Positions 22,498 through 36,921 of a DNA stretch of 64,000 nucleotides are shown here, piece by piece. The stretch covers positions 558,001 to 622,000 of the forward strand of contig BQFW01000002.1 in NCBI GenBank assembly GCA_020891255.1, given 5' to 3'. Source of the stretch: Entomortierella parvispora E1425. Taxonomy: Eukaryota; Fungi; Mortierellomycota. Every line of letters begins with the position of its first letter. Within the stretch, counting starts at the first letter, position 1. A model generated the notes under the pieces. The model saw nothing but the letters and a program-made list of their open reading frames with translations, made no database searches and was not told the DNA's origin. A program made the translations under genes and the position numbers.

Positions 22498-25400
22498 CTA
22501 CGGATGGTGAGGCAAAGCCGGAGGGCGTTTCCAGACCTTGATATGGCCTCTCCGATCGCTTGTCATGATAGCGTCCTCCCTGAAAGTAATTCCCGCCAAC
22601 GGTTCGTGATGAATTCCCTTGGCCATCAATGGCTGCAGCATGGCCACATGTGATCGGGGCTCAGGAGGTCTCACGGTCTGAACACCCCCAGCCTGGTTCT
22701 GACCACCATGGCCATGTCTGAACAAGGATGAGAATCCATGATGACCATGACCGTTATGTTGCGATTGGTGTTGTTGACTAACGTTGCTGCTGCTACCACT
22801 GCTGTTCTGTCCATTGCTCTGGTCACTTCCGGCAGAGTGAAGCTTGTGAAGATGTAGATGAGGTAAAGTCCGCGAATAGTTGGATTTCTTGTATGGTTGA
22901 CTGTTGTTCGATGAGCCAGCATCAGCAGTCGTTGCACTAGTTCCTGTCACGGATTCAGCAACCAGCGTTGAAGAACGAACGGATGAAGCCGAAGAGGATC
23001 CATCACCAGCACCACCAATACTCTCCATACCAAGGTGTCCACCTGATTCGTGGAAAGCACTGCTCCTGGATGACGAGTGAACTGATGAAGATTCTTCTCC
23101 TCCCAATCCTTGTTGTTGACGCTGGTGTGGTGGCTGCTCTTGTCCACTTGGTTCCTCGGCAATAATAGGAGGTGTTTGATTCGAGTGAAGATGATGGTGA
23201 ATGTTGGTGGATGGCCCGGTGGACGAAGACTTGTTGCTGGTATGATGGCCTGAGAATAAACTGTGGCCACCAATACCTCTCAAACTGCTGATGCTTCCTT
23301 TACTGCCATGGCCAGGTCTGCCACCAGCTCCGCCTGTGCCTCCTACTCCTCCTGTCCCTGAAGCCGTCATTCCGAGAACCGTTGCATTGCTGCCACGTCT
23401 CTGCATTACGGCCTAAAGGCAAAACACACTGATGATGAGTTACAAGGAAACAGTGATAATGCAAGACGACTGGATTACATACCGCTTTAGGCTTATGGAG
23501 AGCCCCCACGCTAAAGTCCCAGAGGAGCAACTTTGCATCTTCTCCAACACTTCCGAATCGATAGTTGCGCTCATCACATCGCCAAGGATCAAATGCTACT
23601 CCTGTCACATACGATTGATGACCCTGGCAACGGGCAATAATCCTTTGATCCTTAAACGACCAGATCGTCACCAAGTCATCTTGACCTCCAGTCTAGAGAA
23701 ACCCAGCAAGAGACAAGAAAGATGATGTTAGAAGCTGATTGGATAAATACGTCTAACAGAGTGAACGTTAGCATGAAGAGCGATATCGTACCAAGACATA
23801 TTTGCCATCTGGACTCCAACAGACACAACTGAGGGCTCCAAAGTAGGCAGAGAAGGTGTCCAGTAATCTCTCCTGGTTAAAATCAATGATTCGCAAGCAA
23901 CCGTCATTGCTCACTACCGCCACATGCTGCAAATCTGGCGAGAATGCAAATGCTAAGAGGAAAGACCAAACTGGTAGTGTTAACACTGTTGTCTTTTTGG
24001 TCCGCAGTTAGTTCATCCATAGAAAATGGCGCCTGCTCGCATTACCTGTAATGGGCTTCTTCGACACTTGCCAATGCGAAATAGGGTTGTGCTTTCCATG
24101 CTTTGGACGAGTGACATGGAAGGTGTTGTCACTGGAAGGTGCTGGGGCCGAGAAGGTGTTGTCGTCGCGTTCTTTATCCATGATCAAGATACTTCCATCC
24201 TGGAAAGAAGCCATGAACTGGCTCTCTGACCCTGGGATCCACTTAATCATAGTCACAGCACTGTCCTTAATAATGGCCTATTTGGTCCAGAAAAAAAAGG
24301 AAACATGTTTGTTAGCGATCGACTCTTCGTTTGCTGCTTCAAGTAGTAAAGATCATAGCATGATCTCATAGCCCACCTGCTTATTGAGTCGATAATACTT
24401 GTTGCACAATGGGTCGAACCAGATAATATCTCCAGTCGAGAATCCAATGATCACATCCAGATGGTCGCAACTACGCGTCACCACATTCACGTCGTGTGAA
24501 GTTGGGAATGCCTTGCTGAACGATATGTGGGACAATGGTTCCTATGAGTGTTGAAGCAGGCAAGATGTCAACATACGCGATCAGAGAGAAAAAACAACTT
24601 GTGATTTCCTTCGTCGAGACAGAACTTCAGTTGCTCCTCCATACATTTGGTTTCTGACCCAAGTCGCTCCAGGTAAAGGTTCTGCCTGTGTTCCAGAACA
24701 AATAGACATCCTCATGGACTCTGTTGGCCAAAATCTTGGCCAGATTTTCATGCGTCGTAATCTTGGCCACGAATGTCGAGTTGGTCTTTGCAATGTTGTT
24801 CTTTGGCTTTTTTCTCTTGCCTCCAAAGAAGGCCGAGAACCCGGCGGAAGAGCCCGTCATGGATGATGAAAGGTTGCTCTCATCCTGACCCTGTTGTGAC
24901 GATTGCTGTTGATAATGGCTACTCGCTCTGCTGAGGCTCTTGAAGCTGGGGAGACCGCTCGATTGCTGTTGTTGTGGCTGCTGTTGTTGAGACGGAGGTG
25001 GACCAAACTGAGAGTACGGATCAGCGAGTCGGCTGGAGGAGGTAGAGTCTTTGAGTGGAGGCGGTCCTGGCGTCATGACCTGTGGCACTCCAGGCGACAT
25101 CATACCACTCCTTGGACTCTTGTATCCGCTGTTGCTATTGCTCTCATCGTTGTACGGCGGAAGGTCCACGAGGTTTCCGTGAAAGTTGCGTGAGAGAGTG
25201 CCACTGCCACTCAAAAGTCGACCATTCCCATCCTCATTGTTCTCGTCTCCATTGCGCTCGTCCGTCAATTTGAAGTCCCGCAGCCGCTCTTCTAGACGGT
25301 CGATGTTGGAGGCTGACAAGGTGCTGTCGGCGCTGGTCTGTTTCCCATGGGCTCTTGACTGCCCTGAAGCTGAAGCGGACCCGTTGCTGTTGCCAAGGTA

Positions 25401-25553
25401 ATCCTTGTACTTGACCGAGACGGACGAGACGTGGGTGGGGATGACTGGGTGAGGCAGGACTTGGTCCAAGTAGATGTCCTGGAGCAGCTCATAGCGGCCC
25501 TCTGCCGCCACAAACTCGGTGCAGTCGAGGACCGGGGACAAGGGCGTGGCCAT
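22498..25553 (-). CDS. creC: WD40 protein CreC/WDR20/DMWD (deubiquitinase cofactor in carbon catabolite repression), multi-exon
   Basis: [135 protein letters not shown]. Confidence 0.9.
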
Positions 25554-26210
25554 TCAGGCAGAGTAGAGGTTGCGCAGGTTGGGGAAGGAAAGACGGAACG
25601 AAAAACTATACGGAGTGAGAGCGATGCATGCGTTAGTCCTGGGAAACCGCACTTTGTTGGAAGTTGCGCCTCTCCTGTCTGCCTGTCCGTCTGTCTGTCT
25701 GCCTGCTGAATTGTTTGCTCAGTTATACCGATGGAATCGCTCTCTGTCCATGCCATTTATCCGACCATGCTTGCATTATGCGCATCATGCGACATTGAGC
25801 GCACCCTTGTTGGATGGTAGTTTACCAAAAAAAAAAAAAAAAAAGAGTCGACAGCAGAGAAGAGGGAGAGAGCCTGAAAGAGTTGAGCAGTAATGAAGAC
25901 GGGGCAGTGGTAAGAGGACGAGAGGAGTAAAAGGGAAGAGTAGAGTCGACTGAGGGTGCGGGACTTGAGAAAGAAAGTGAAAGAGGACCAACAGTCGAGA
26001 GGAAGGGAAAGAAAAGCAGCGATGGTGCAAAGGCTGCTTGCTGGAAGTGGAAGTGGAGAGATGGCGTTCTTTTTTTTTTTTTTTTTTTTTTACTCTCTCT
26101 CTCTCTCTTTCTCATGCCTTGTTTTATTAATCGGGAATAAAATGTTGGATTACTCTAGTCTCATTTTTATTTCATGCTTTTTATCATGAATTTTGTTTGT
26201 TCGGACCTTT

Positions 26211-28112
26211 CTACAATTTGGCCTTGACTGGCTGAGGATCCCTCTGTAACACCGCCCGCAGGTCTTTGCGCAGGATCTTGCCTGCTGCCGACTTTGGGAT
26301 TGCATCAATGAACCTGACGCCGCCCCTCAGCTTCTTGTGCGGAGCCACCTTGGAACTCACAAACGAGACCACTTGCTCCGCTGTCAAACCAGAGTCGGCG
26401 CTCTTCACCACAAACGCCAACGGCACCTCGATGGCCTGTTCAGGATCATCCACTCCAATGACGGCCGTGTCCAGGATTTCCGCATGCGTAAGCAAGATCG
26501 CCTCCAATTCTGCAGGCGCGACCTGGAACCCCTTGTACTTGATCAATTCCTTCATCCGATCCACGATAAAGAAGTTTTCTTCCGCATCCACGACACCAAT
26601 GTCGCCCGTGTGCAACCATCCTTCTGGATCAATGGTCGCCCGTGTCGCCTCGGGGTTGTTGCGATAGCCCAGCATCACATTCGGTCCACGCACCCAGATC
26701 TCACCTCGCTCCCCTGGAGCAGCATCACGACCGGTTTCGGGATCGACCAGTCGAACTTCCTGGTTGGGCAGGACAAGGCCCGCCGATCCATGGACCATTT
26801 TATCGTATCGACCCAAATGAGACCCAGGAGAGAGCTCACTCATCCCATATGCCTGCCTGATCGCAAGGGAATACTTGGCCAAGATGGCCTCGATAAGTTC
26901 CTTGGAAATGGGCGCCGCTCCCACGTTCATCTGGATCACTGACGAGAGATCGTATTGGTCCACGAGGGGCGACTTGACCATTAAGAGCACCTGTGGTGGC
27001 ACCAAGTTGAGCGTTTTGACTACAGGAGGGACAGAAAAAGAAATGAGGGTCCTTTCATAAGCATCCGGCTCGGGTAACAAAGGTCTGGAACGGATTTCTT
27101 TCCGCTTACTCTTAAATTCTTGAATGGCCCGAAGGAACTCTTCAAAGTTGAACTTTTGAAGGACAATGCTTTGAGTGCCCTGCATGATATGAAGGAGTCA
27201 CAAGAATGAGGATGGTCAGTAAAGCAATTGGGCGATCATCCCTATCGTCATCCCCTTGAGGATCCCCCTTCAACCCTTTCAGTCCCCCTGACGCTTGCAG
27301 CTACGAGAGCAAAAAAAAAAAAAAAAAAAAAAGTTCGGCTCACTTACGGTGTAAATTCCGCAAACCAAATGGAGCTGGAGACTGTAAAGATGATACATGG
27401 GCAACACGCTCAGGACCACATTATCATGAGGGTGCACTGGTCCATCAAAGGAAACAACCTGTACCGCGTTTACGGCGACATTTGTATGAGAGAGCTCCAC
27501 CCCTTTGCTCTTGCCCGTCGTCCCGCTCGAGTAGCAGATCAACGCCGTCGTCGTCTTGGCTGTCTGCTCGTCCATCTCCAACACTTCCACCAGTTGACCC
27601 TCCCGAGACTGGTCAAGGCTAGGCATCAGGGTTGAATAAGGCAAGAATCCATCCTTGGCTTCGGTACCAAACAAAAAGATCCTCTCCCGAGGCATGCCCA
27701 CCATGCTGGCACCTTCGATGGCGACACTCAGCAGCTCAGGATGGGCCACCATGGTACTCGCACCTGCGTCCTTCAATTGGTAGGCCAATTCCTGAGCCGT
27801 ATAGGCAGAGTTGACCGTGGTCGTGATCGCGCCGAGGATCAAGGGTGCAAAGAGAGCGACGGAATAATCCACCTGATTGAACGAGAACAAGGCCAAGACG
27901 TCCCCTCGCTTGAAACCGAGCTTTCGCTGGAGACCCGTCGCCAACCGACGAGTGTCTCGTTTCCATTCTCCGTAGGTAATGATCTGCTTCGTCTGGGCAT
28001 CAACGATAACCGGGTAGGAATCTGGGGTCTTGTTTGGATTCGAGACCGCAAACGTGTAGGCGTTCGTCTTGGGAACAGGTTGGTCAGGAACACGAGATCG
28101 ATAAATTGTCAT
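26211..28112 (-). CDS. 4-coumarate:CoA ligase-like / luciferase-like acyl-CoA synthetase, peroxisomal (PTS1 AKL)
   Basis: YSSGTTGKSKG, QAYGMSE, GWLHTGD, DRMKELIKYKGFQVAPAELE, IPKSAAGKILR. One intron at 27180-27347. Ends ...PVKAKL*. Confidence 0.92.
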
Positions 28113-28826
28113 AGCTGATAAGGCGAGCTTTCGAAAATGGCAAGAGTGCAAGTGAGTGGGGAAGGGGAAGGCAGTGTGAGCGAAAAGAAGAGAGGAGAAT
28201 GGGCGTCGAGCTGTGGAGCAATTGGGTTTTTTTCTTGGTCACTCGGGCAACGAGGAAGTGGCGTGTGAGAAAAATAAAGAGAGGAAAAAAACAATTGTGA
28301 AGGAGTGAGGAAGGAAAGGAAGGAAGGAAGCGAGGGTGAAAGCCCACAGAATAAAAACAGAAGACGCACCAAACCAACGGTTATTGTAGAGGACCAGAGA
28401 GGCGATCGAACCCTCTTCCCTGTTGTGTAACCCAAGGTGGCCATCTCTTCACCGTGATCATCCTTGCCTCGCAGAAGGAACAAAAACGCGTCAGATCGGA
28501 AAGAACACCCAAGCGGCCCAGGCCTTCTTCCTCTTCCCAAGGGTGCAAGGGTGCGGAATGCACGTACAATATGGCTTGCTGGCTTGTTGGCCCTTACTTG
28601 ATAAACTTAGAAAACTCGTTTTATTCTTGCCCACCCTCTTTACAAGAGTGAAGAAAATCAGAAAATCAGCAAAGGTGCTCGATTAGAGGGGTAGCTAACT
28701 AATGGTATGTAAAATGGCGCGACCATGGGAACCAACTCCACAGACTTTTCGCGCTAGATGCGATATGACATGTGGACAAGAGGACGGGGTAAATAATGGT
28801 GACAAGGGATGAAAGATCTAGAAGAA

Positions 28827-29767
28827 TTATTCTGATCTGTGGTCTGCAAACATGACGCCAACTGTTAAAAAGACGACCAGTCCCAAAAGACTCGAACCAC
28901 CGACTGATGTAGCCCAGTAAGGAGACATCCTGCTCGAGCTAGCCGCACTTCCAAAGATACTGGGAGGAAGGCCGGTACCTGACGGGAAATTGCCCGTAGA
29001 GGTGGGTGTCGCCAAGGCAGTGGGCAAAGTCTGATTGTACTTCTTGGGGAACTCGGCGGTGCAATTGCGTTGCTTGCAAACTGAATAGCAGCCATTGTCA
29101 GACTGGGGGCATCGACCGATGCAGTTCTGAACATCGGTCACGCACTCAAAGTATGGGATCGTGAGCGTGTACTCTAGAAAAGTGGTTCCAAGGACAAGTT
29201 TTTTTTTTTTACTTGGACGTTCTTTTTCCCGAGTCGAAACTCGCTTGAGAGAAAACAAATGTAGAGTCAGCACTTACCAGTGACGTTGGGCACCACGTTG
29301 CCTTCACAGATGCAGTCGTAAGCAAGACTCTCAGTGTTGCAGTCGTTCAGCTGGTACTGAGCGCCGTTGGTCAGCTCCTGACAGACGTTTGTGCTATTGA
29401 GCAGAAAATAAAAGGCTGAGGTGTAAGTACACGTAGAATTCGAGTCTTTGAACTCCGTCTCATAGAGATGTCAGAGTAGGAGCCTGACGTACCAGAATCC
29501 AACTTGCATCTCACACCATGTCAGTCGTGTAATGTTGTTCACCGATTGGGCTGCAGGGTGAAGGGAGGAAACAGCAAATAAGTAAAGTCGGGGAGAAAGA
29601 TTCGAAAGTACTGTCAGTGATCATGTCCAAAGTGTGTCCAGTATATCAGCTCATGTTGTTGAAGGACAGTCGAGTATCGTACGATCAAAGGCTGCAACGC
29701 ACGCGGCCGAGGCAAAAATTGCAATGGCAAGCACTCTCAAAGTGCGGGAAGTGACGGTGCCAATCAT
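28827..29767 (-). CDS. Small secreted Cys-rich, probably GPI/TM-anchored protein (DUF7707-like fungal family), 4 exons
   Basis: Signal peptide MIGTV...ACVAA. Spliced mature region FDPQSVNNITRLTWCEMQVGFCTNVC...NDCNTESLAYDCICEGNVVPNVTEYTLTIPYFEC...NCIGRC...GCYSVC...NC (10 Cys), then an S/T/P stalk and hydrophobic C-terminus. All three introns are GT-AG and frame-preserving. Confidence 0.8.
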
Positions 29768-30584
29768 GATGATATATAGTAGTGTCGTAAATTGGAGCGA
29801 GCAAAAAGTGGCGGATGTTTTTCCAAGTGTGGAGTAGAAAGGAAAAAAAAAAAAAAAAAAAAAAAAGAGGAAGGCTGGGTTGCCCATAATATGGCAGTTT
29901 TTGCCGCGTCCAACATTCAGTATGAACCCCTTCCGTCAGGGTGCCAGGATCCAAGGAGCGAGTGAAAACCGCGTCTGAGGTTTCTTTCGGACAAGATTCC
30001 AAGGGTGAGGAGGTTGAGGTACCGATGGTTAGGAGCAACAAAGAAAAAATAAGGAGGTACCTTGCTCCCCTTTAATGGCCAAGATCAAGCGGCCCTCGCT
30101 CACCTTCTGTATTTGCCAGGGCGGTAATAGGCCAGGAGAGTGCAGGAGGCTGTCAGGTAACTCTCAAAGGGAGCAAGGCCGATACAAGAGAGGAGGAAAG
30201 CATGCGAAGGGTGGTCTTACAGACCAATGCATGGACTGCTGGGATCTCCTGCCGAACACGCTGTTTCCTAAGGAAATACACCACGTGTGAGCTATGGACT
30301 GACGACAGTCGGAACAGCGCCTTGTTTTTATTTTATTTTTGTAGTTTTCGATCATTTACAGAACCTCGGTCGCAGTTCGAGCAGTGGAATCAGTCTGCCG
30401 CCACCACTTCGTTGTCCTCGTCGCCTTCATCTTCTTGGCCCTCCCTCTCGGATCCTAATTCTTGCACTACATATTCCTCAGGTCTGGATCTGTCACTTCG
30501 TGCTCGTGGTCCTTTCCGTCGCTGTCGCTTTGTAGTACTAGACGAAGCTTTCTAAAGATAATGTATGGCACAACGTAGTGAGAA

Positions 30585-32672
30585 TCAAGCAAAGGTACCT
30601 ATTCGGCCCCCAGCATTCATTTGAATAAAAAGACAATGATCAAACCTTCGTCGACATAGTTCTCATATCCCATTTGCATGCCGTAGTCCGATTCGTCCAT
30701 GGGATATCCACCAAAATCAGGCATGGGTCCATGACGCCCCTAAGATCCAAAGAGATCAGGTTAGCGTCAAAATGACAGAGAGGTCTATCAATTCATCAAT
30801 AATACTGTACGACATAGAATTGACAGCCAGTTACCTTGCTGAAAAATTCTGGCATGGTCGAAATCTTTTGATCCATGGCTGTAAGTTTGGCTGTAATTTC
30901 GGTTGCACTTTGAATCTGTGCGCTGATTGTATCCATCGTGGCCGTATTGTTATGTTGGTTGGGGTCATCCAGGAAGGACACCATTCCGCCTGCATGTTCA
31001 TGACTGATCCTGGCAAAGATGTCACCCGACTCGATCATTTGTACGATGATACCTTCAACATATTGTTGACCTGCTGGGTCCGAACCAAGGCCAATGGCAG
31101 AAGCAATATTCTCAATTGACAGTGTAAGGTAGGTGCGAGTCAAATCCTGAATGTTGCGGCGATGAAGCGCCTCCATGCACTGCTTGGCCAGCCCAAAATT
31201 CTTGTCCCTGATCAACTGTGGTTTGATCTTCTCCAACTCGCTCTTGATCGCACCGTTGGATTTCTTCTCATATGCTCCCGCAAAATCGATATATGCCGCG
31301 GAATGCATCTTCAGTGCTTTAAGAACCAGCTGTGCAGTGTACTTGGGGAGTGGAGGAACCTGATGAGAATATGTGAAGGCGATATGTGTTAATTGGTTTT
31401 CTACCTTCCGTTTGCAAATGTGCCTGGTGATTACCTTGCCAAGGTGTAGGAGACTCGTTAAGACGTATTTCTTGTGTGCTTCAATCTGGATTGCACTAGT
31501 TACATCTGCGGGAGCAGAAACGGCCTGTCGTATAGGTTTGGTTAATCAAAACTTGCTTTGAGGTCAAGACCCATATTGATATCACAGCAAGTGCATCCTT
31601 ACCAATCTGAAAAAATCGATCGCACGTTCAAACCTCTTGAGATAGGCGTAAATCATTCCTCCGTAATAATTGTAAAGCAAAATGTCCCTATAATCAATGC
31701 TTGTTTGCTAATGAACGTCCGAAGAGGGGGAGGTTGTTGTTCAGTCAATGTGCGAGTCAAAGCGCCATGTCTCCCTAAATCGTTCAATCTTCCATCATAC
31801 CGAAGGATCAACGTCTGTGATGTCGTTGTCGAGAATTGGGATAATGTCCTTGAATGACTGCGCCAACAGGCAGGTCTGAGTGAAAAAGAACAAGAAATAT
31901 TAGGAAATTGGTTCATCCTTACTTTGCCTTGGAGGTTGCTTGCCAACAGGTTGCCCATAGTCAGTTACCTTTGCCAACAATGGATGGATCATGGTGAGCT
32001 GTCCTGCATTTGACTGAATCCTCTGAATAAAAGTGGCCAGAGGACGAATGGCGATGATGGGCTACAAATGCTAGAGAGTTAAAGAACTATCGCCACTGAC
32101 CTGTCCTCAGAGCTGGAAATATGGAGTCAGCGAGCCGCAGTGCTTACCTGCTGAGATTCGGAGGCCATCTTGACCAGTGCCTCCGCAAAGCTCATGGCTA
32201 GAAAGAAAGACATTGAGCGTCAGCGTCTCTAAGAAAACATGCACCTGCCGCAGCCTCTAGGTCCTCAAATAAATATTCCCGCGGCATACCTTTGTCTGAT
32301 GCCAAACGAATCTGTGCTCCATCGCAAGTCGAAACAAAGGCCCACAGCTTTTCCATTAGAGCTGGGTGGAATCCATGCGAAGCCTTGCATCGGTAAAGTC
32401 TACAGCAAGAGACAAGTCAATGGTGGCGTAAGTGACCATTCTCGAGGTTTTCTCTCGAGCGAGTTACATGAGGAGACCACTTACAGGAAATAGAGGTACG
32501 CCAGCGAGTTTTCTGCGGGAGAGATGGCATCAAGGGGATCTTCAGAGGTGAAAGCCTTGGCAGTGAAGACATGCTCTGGGAGGTCATTGAGCAGGGTCTT
32601 CTGTGCAGTCAAGTCCGAGGCGGCCAAGATTTTGGCCATGACAGAGTCCAGGGCAGGATCAGTTGGGGCCAT
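30585..32672 (-). CDS. CSN3: COP9 signalosome subunit 3 (PCI domain), multi-exon
   Basis: N-terminal LDAISPAENSLAYLYFL. PCI region DKNFGLAKQCMEALHRRNIQDLTRTYLTLSIENIA...IIVQMIESGDIFARI...GMVSFLDDP. The last small exons are less certain. Confidence 0.88.
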
Positions 32673-33129
32673 GGTGTATGTTTTCAGAGACGGGACGCGT
32701 GTCGATGTGCTTGCGGTGACCGAGGAATCGAGAGCGAGGAGGGAGAAGGTAGAGACAGGAAAGAGAGGAGGAGAGGAGAAAGAAGAGACGGGTGCATGCA
32801 TCCCCGCTACGCGTGCAACATGCGCCCCCAAGACAGGTCATTGCCACGCAAGGGACGAGCGAGCAAGTCACGGTCACAGTCGAGGTCAAGGCAAAGTTGC
32901 ACTGCACTGCACACCACACCTCACATCTTGCACTCCTTTTTGCGCGTGTCATTTTTTTTTTCTTTTTTTCTTTTTTTCTGTGCTCTTCTGGCTCGTGGCA
33001 CGTTCGCCATTCTTCTTCCCCCATTCATCTTTTTATTCCTTCGTCTGTCTTTTGTTTGCCCCATCCATCCTCCGCTTCCTCGAATACCCTTCCCTTCTCT
33101 ACAACCTCGCATCACAATACAGCACAGCC

Positions 33130-34116
33130 ATGTCAACCGCAACCTCTTCCTCTTCAGAAACAGTCGCCACTCTCAAACTGCTCCTCATTGGTAGCAGCGG
33201 CACTGGCAAGAGTAGTTTGCTCATGCGATTCGTCGATGGCGTCTTCCTCGCCCCAGACGAGATTTCTGCCACCATCGGAGTCGACTTCAAAGTCAAGGTC
33301 ATTGATGTCGAGGGCAAAAAGTACAAGCTAACCATCTGGGTAAGTTTTTGTCGTCTGTTGGCTGTGCGCTCCGACAAAGCGGGATCACATCCTGTTGCCA
33401 CGTTTCCGTTTCTGACAACCCTCTTTCCTCCCCCAAACAGGACACGGCTGGTCAGGAAAGATTCCGTACGCTCACATCCTCCTACTACAGAGGCGCACAA
33501 GGTGTTATTCTCGGTATGGGCACAGTCTGTTTTTTTGGATGTTGATACTGGGATATTCTACAAGCCATATTGACGGATCCACCTCAACTTTATAGTGTAT
33601 GATGTCAGCAACCGGGACTCATTTAATGACCTCCAGACTTGGTTCAATGAGCTTGACACATATTGTTCCAGCAAGGAAGTTGTTCGTATGATTGTTGGAA
33701 ACAAAGTCGACAAGGTAAGATGCCTTTCAGTCCGAGTTCCTCGGGAAAGATACCCAAATGACGTGGTCGAGCCGTCAGGCTGATTATATATATTTTCTTT
33801 TAAAAAAAAACTTACATGACTTGTCTTTTCTTATTCGACACCCTCACAATTTGATCTGGATGTCGATATCTACCCACCACTACAGGAGTCGAGCAGGGAG
33901 GTTAGCAAGCAGGAGGGCCAAGAGTTTGCGCGAAAGTTGCAGACGTTGTTTGTCGAATGCAGTGCCAAAACAAAGCTGGGTGTCCAACAGGCGTTTGATG
34001 AACTTGTGCAGCAGATCATCGATACGCCCAGTCTGTGGCAGAAGCAAGCCGCGCCGAATGTCCGTCTTCAGAACAACGCGGAGACATCTCAAGAAAACTC
34101 GGGCTGTGCGTGTTGA
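33130..34116 (+). CDS. RAB18: Rab18 small GTPase (4 exons)
   Basis: [32 protein letters not shown]|[49 protein letters not shown]-terminal CAC prenylation motif. Confidence 0.93.
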
Positions 34117-35380
34117 AGAGCTCGAGTCCAATTAAAAATATCGGATAAATAAAATGTCGAATATAATAATATCCAATGTCACGTGTGCTGGACTGGCGGA
34201 CCCAGCGGCAACCACCAGAGGAGTGGGCTTTCGCCGCGGAGGCGAGGTTGCGCAACTGGAGGGGGCAAAGCCTTGCCTTGGCGGCTGTGTTGCCACCGTA
34301 ATGGTAGACTGTCTTAGTACCGACTGAGTGCTGGCAACTTGTATGAAGTGATTCGCTGTGCAACGTCCAATAACCGATAATGACGTTTCTGTGCTCCCAC
34401 CAGCTACACAACAGCCTTCGACTTTGGTTACGGTGGCGAGGTCAGACGAAGAAGGAGACAAGATTGATATAGTTCATCTAGGAGTGCGTGCGCTCCATTC
34501 GGTTGTCGTTCCGAAGAACAGGACACAATAATAACCTTTGTATTCTAGATTTGCTCAAAGGAACAAGGAGACACTCGATTTCGGCCTGGACGGCGATTGC
34601 ATTCCAGATTCTCTTGCATAGGCCGTGGTGTGCAGATAGGCAAGGACGCGAGCGTGAATTTGGTGTCGCTTTTGACCACCCACTTTTACGAATTGGATTG
34701 TGGACGCGTGTTTTGATTCGATGGCAGGGAGTAGCAGCAGCACAATCGAACGGCTGATCAGGGGTCCTTTGGGATAAGCCAAAAGGGCAGTAGACGAGCA
34801 ACGCGGGACTGGTCAGGATGGACTGCAGGTGGACATCAGCAAGACCATCCTTGCTTCGGCCAGAGTTGTGTCGTTTTCGGGAACCATGCAAGACGCTTTG
34901 TCTAGCGCGCAAGCGAGCACGAGCAAGTGTGTGTGTGTGTCGTTGTGAGGTGTCGGCCGTGCATCAATGGATCGAGATGGGAGCTGTCCTATCTTTGCCG
35001 AAAGTGTAAGGGGGATTGGATCCCAAATCGGTGAAAATGCAAAACTGCCCAGTAGAATCTGGGTGCTCTCGCCGACTATTTAACGCAACAGCCGCCCCAG
35101 GCCTCTTTTCTCTTCTTTTCTTTTCTTTTCTCATCATCTCCTCTCATCCTTACCCTCCACCCCATCCAAAACTAATCATCAAAGTATGGACACGTTCTCG
35201 CCGCCTGATGCCCATTGTGCCTTCACTTGCTCCTCTGGCCACGTTGTCCGTGGAACCAATCTCGTGGGAACACCTCCGCTAACAAATAACGTCCTCTTTT
35301 TCTCTCATCCTCACTCAATCTTTCGCCTGTGTCCTTTTGACCATCTGTTACCCACTTGACCTACTTCACCGCCTCACAGA

Positions 35381-36921
<1,541 letters not shown>

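Noticed and set aside
28390-28480. GGTTCGATC T-loop-like motif on the minus strand
   Set aside because: No D-arm/A-box, acceptor stem or anticodon arm could be built, so not a tRNA.
5198-32672. GID2, F-box, CreC and CSN3 as a ubiquitin/carbon-regulation cluster
   Set aside because: Spread over 27 kb with unrelated genes between them; such genes are common, so co-occurrence is expected by chance.
32524-33573. 349-aa plus-strand ORF spanning the CSN3 start, promoter and Rab18 exon 1
   Set aside because: Chance read-through of antisense CSN3, a poly-T promoter and an intron; only the Rab18 portion is real.
34150-34900. Protein-like fragments between Rab18 and actin
   Set aside because: Short frames with frequent stops and no coherent splice model or motif; no TIRs, LTRs or transposase/RT signatures.
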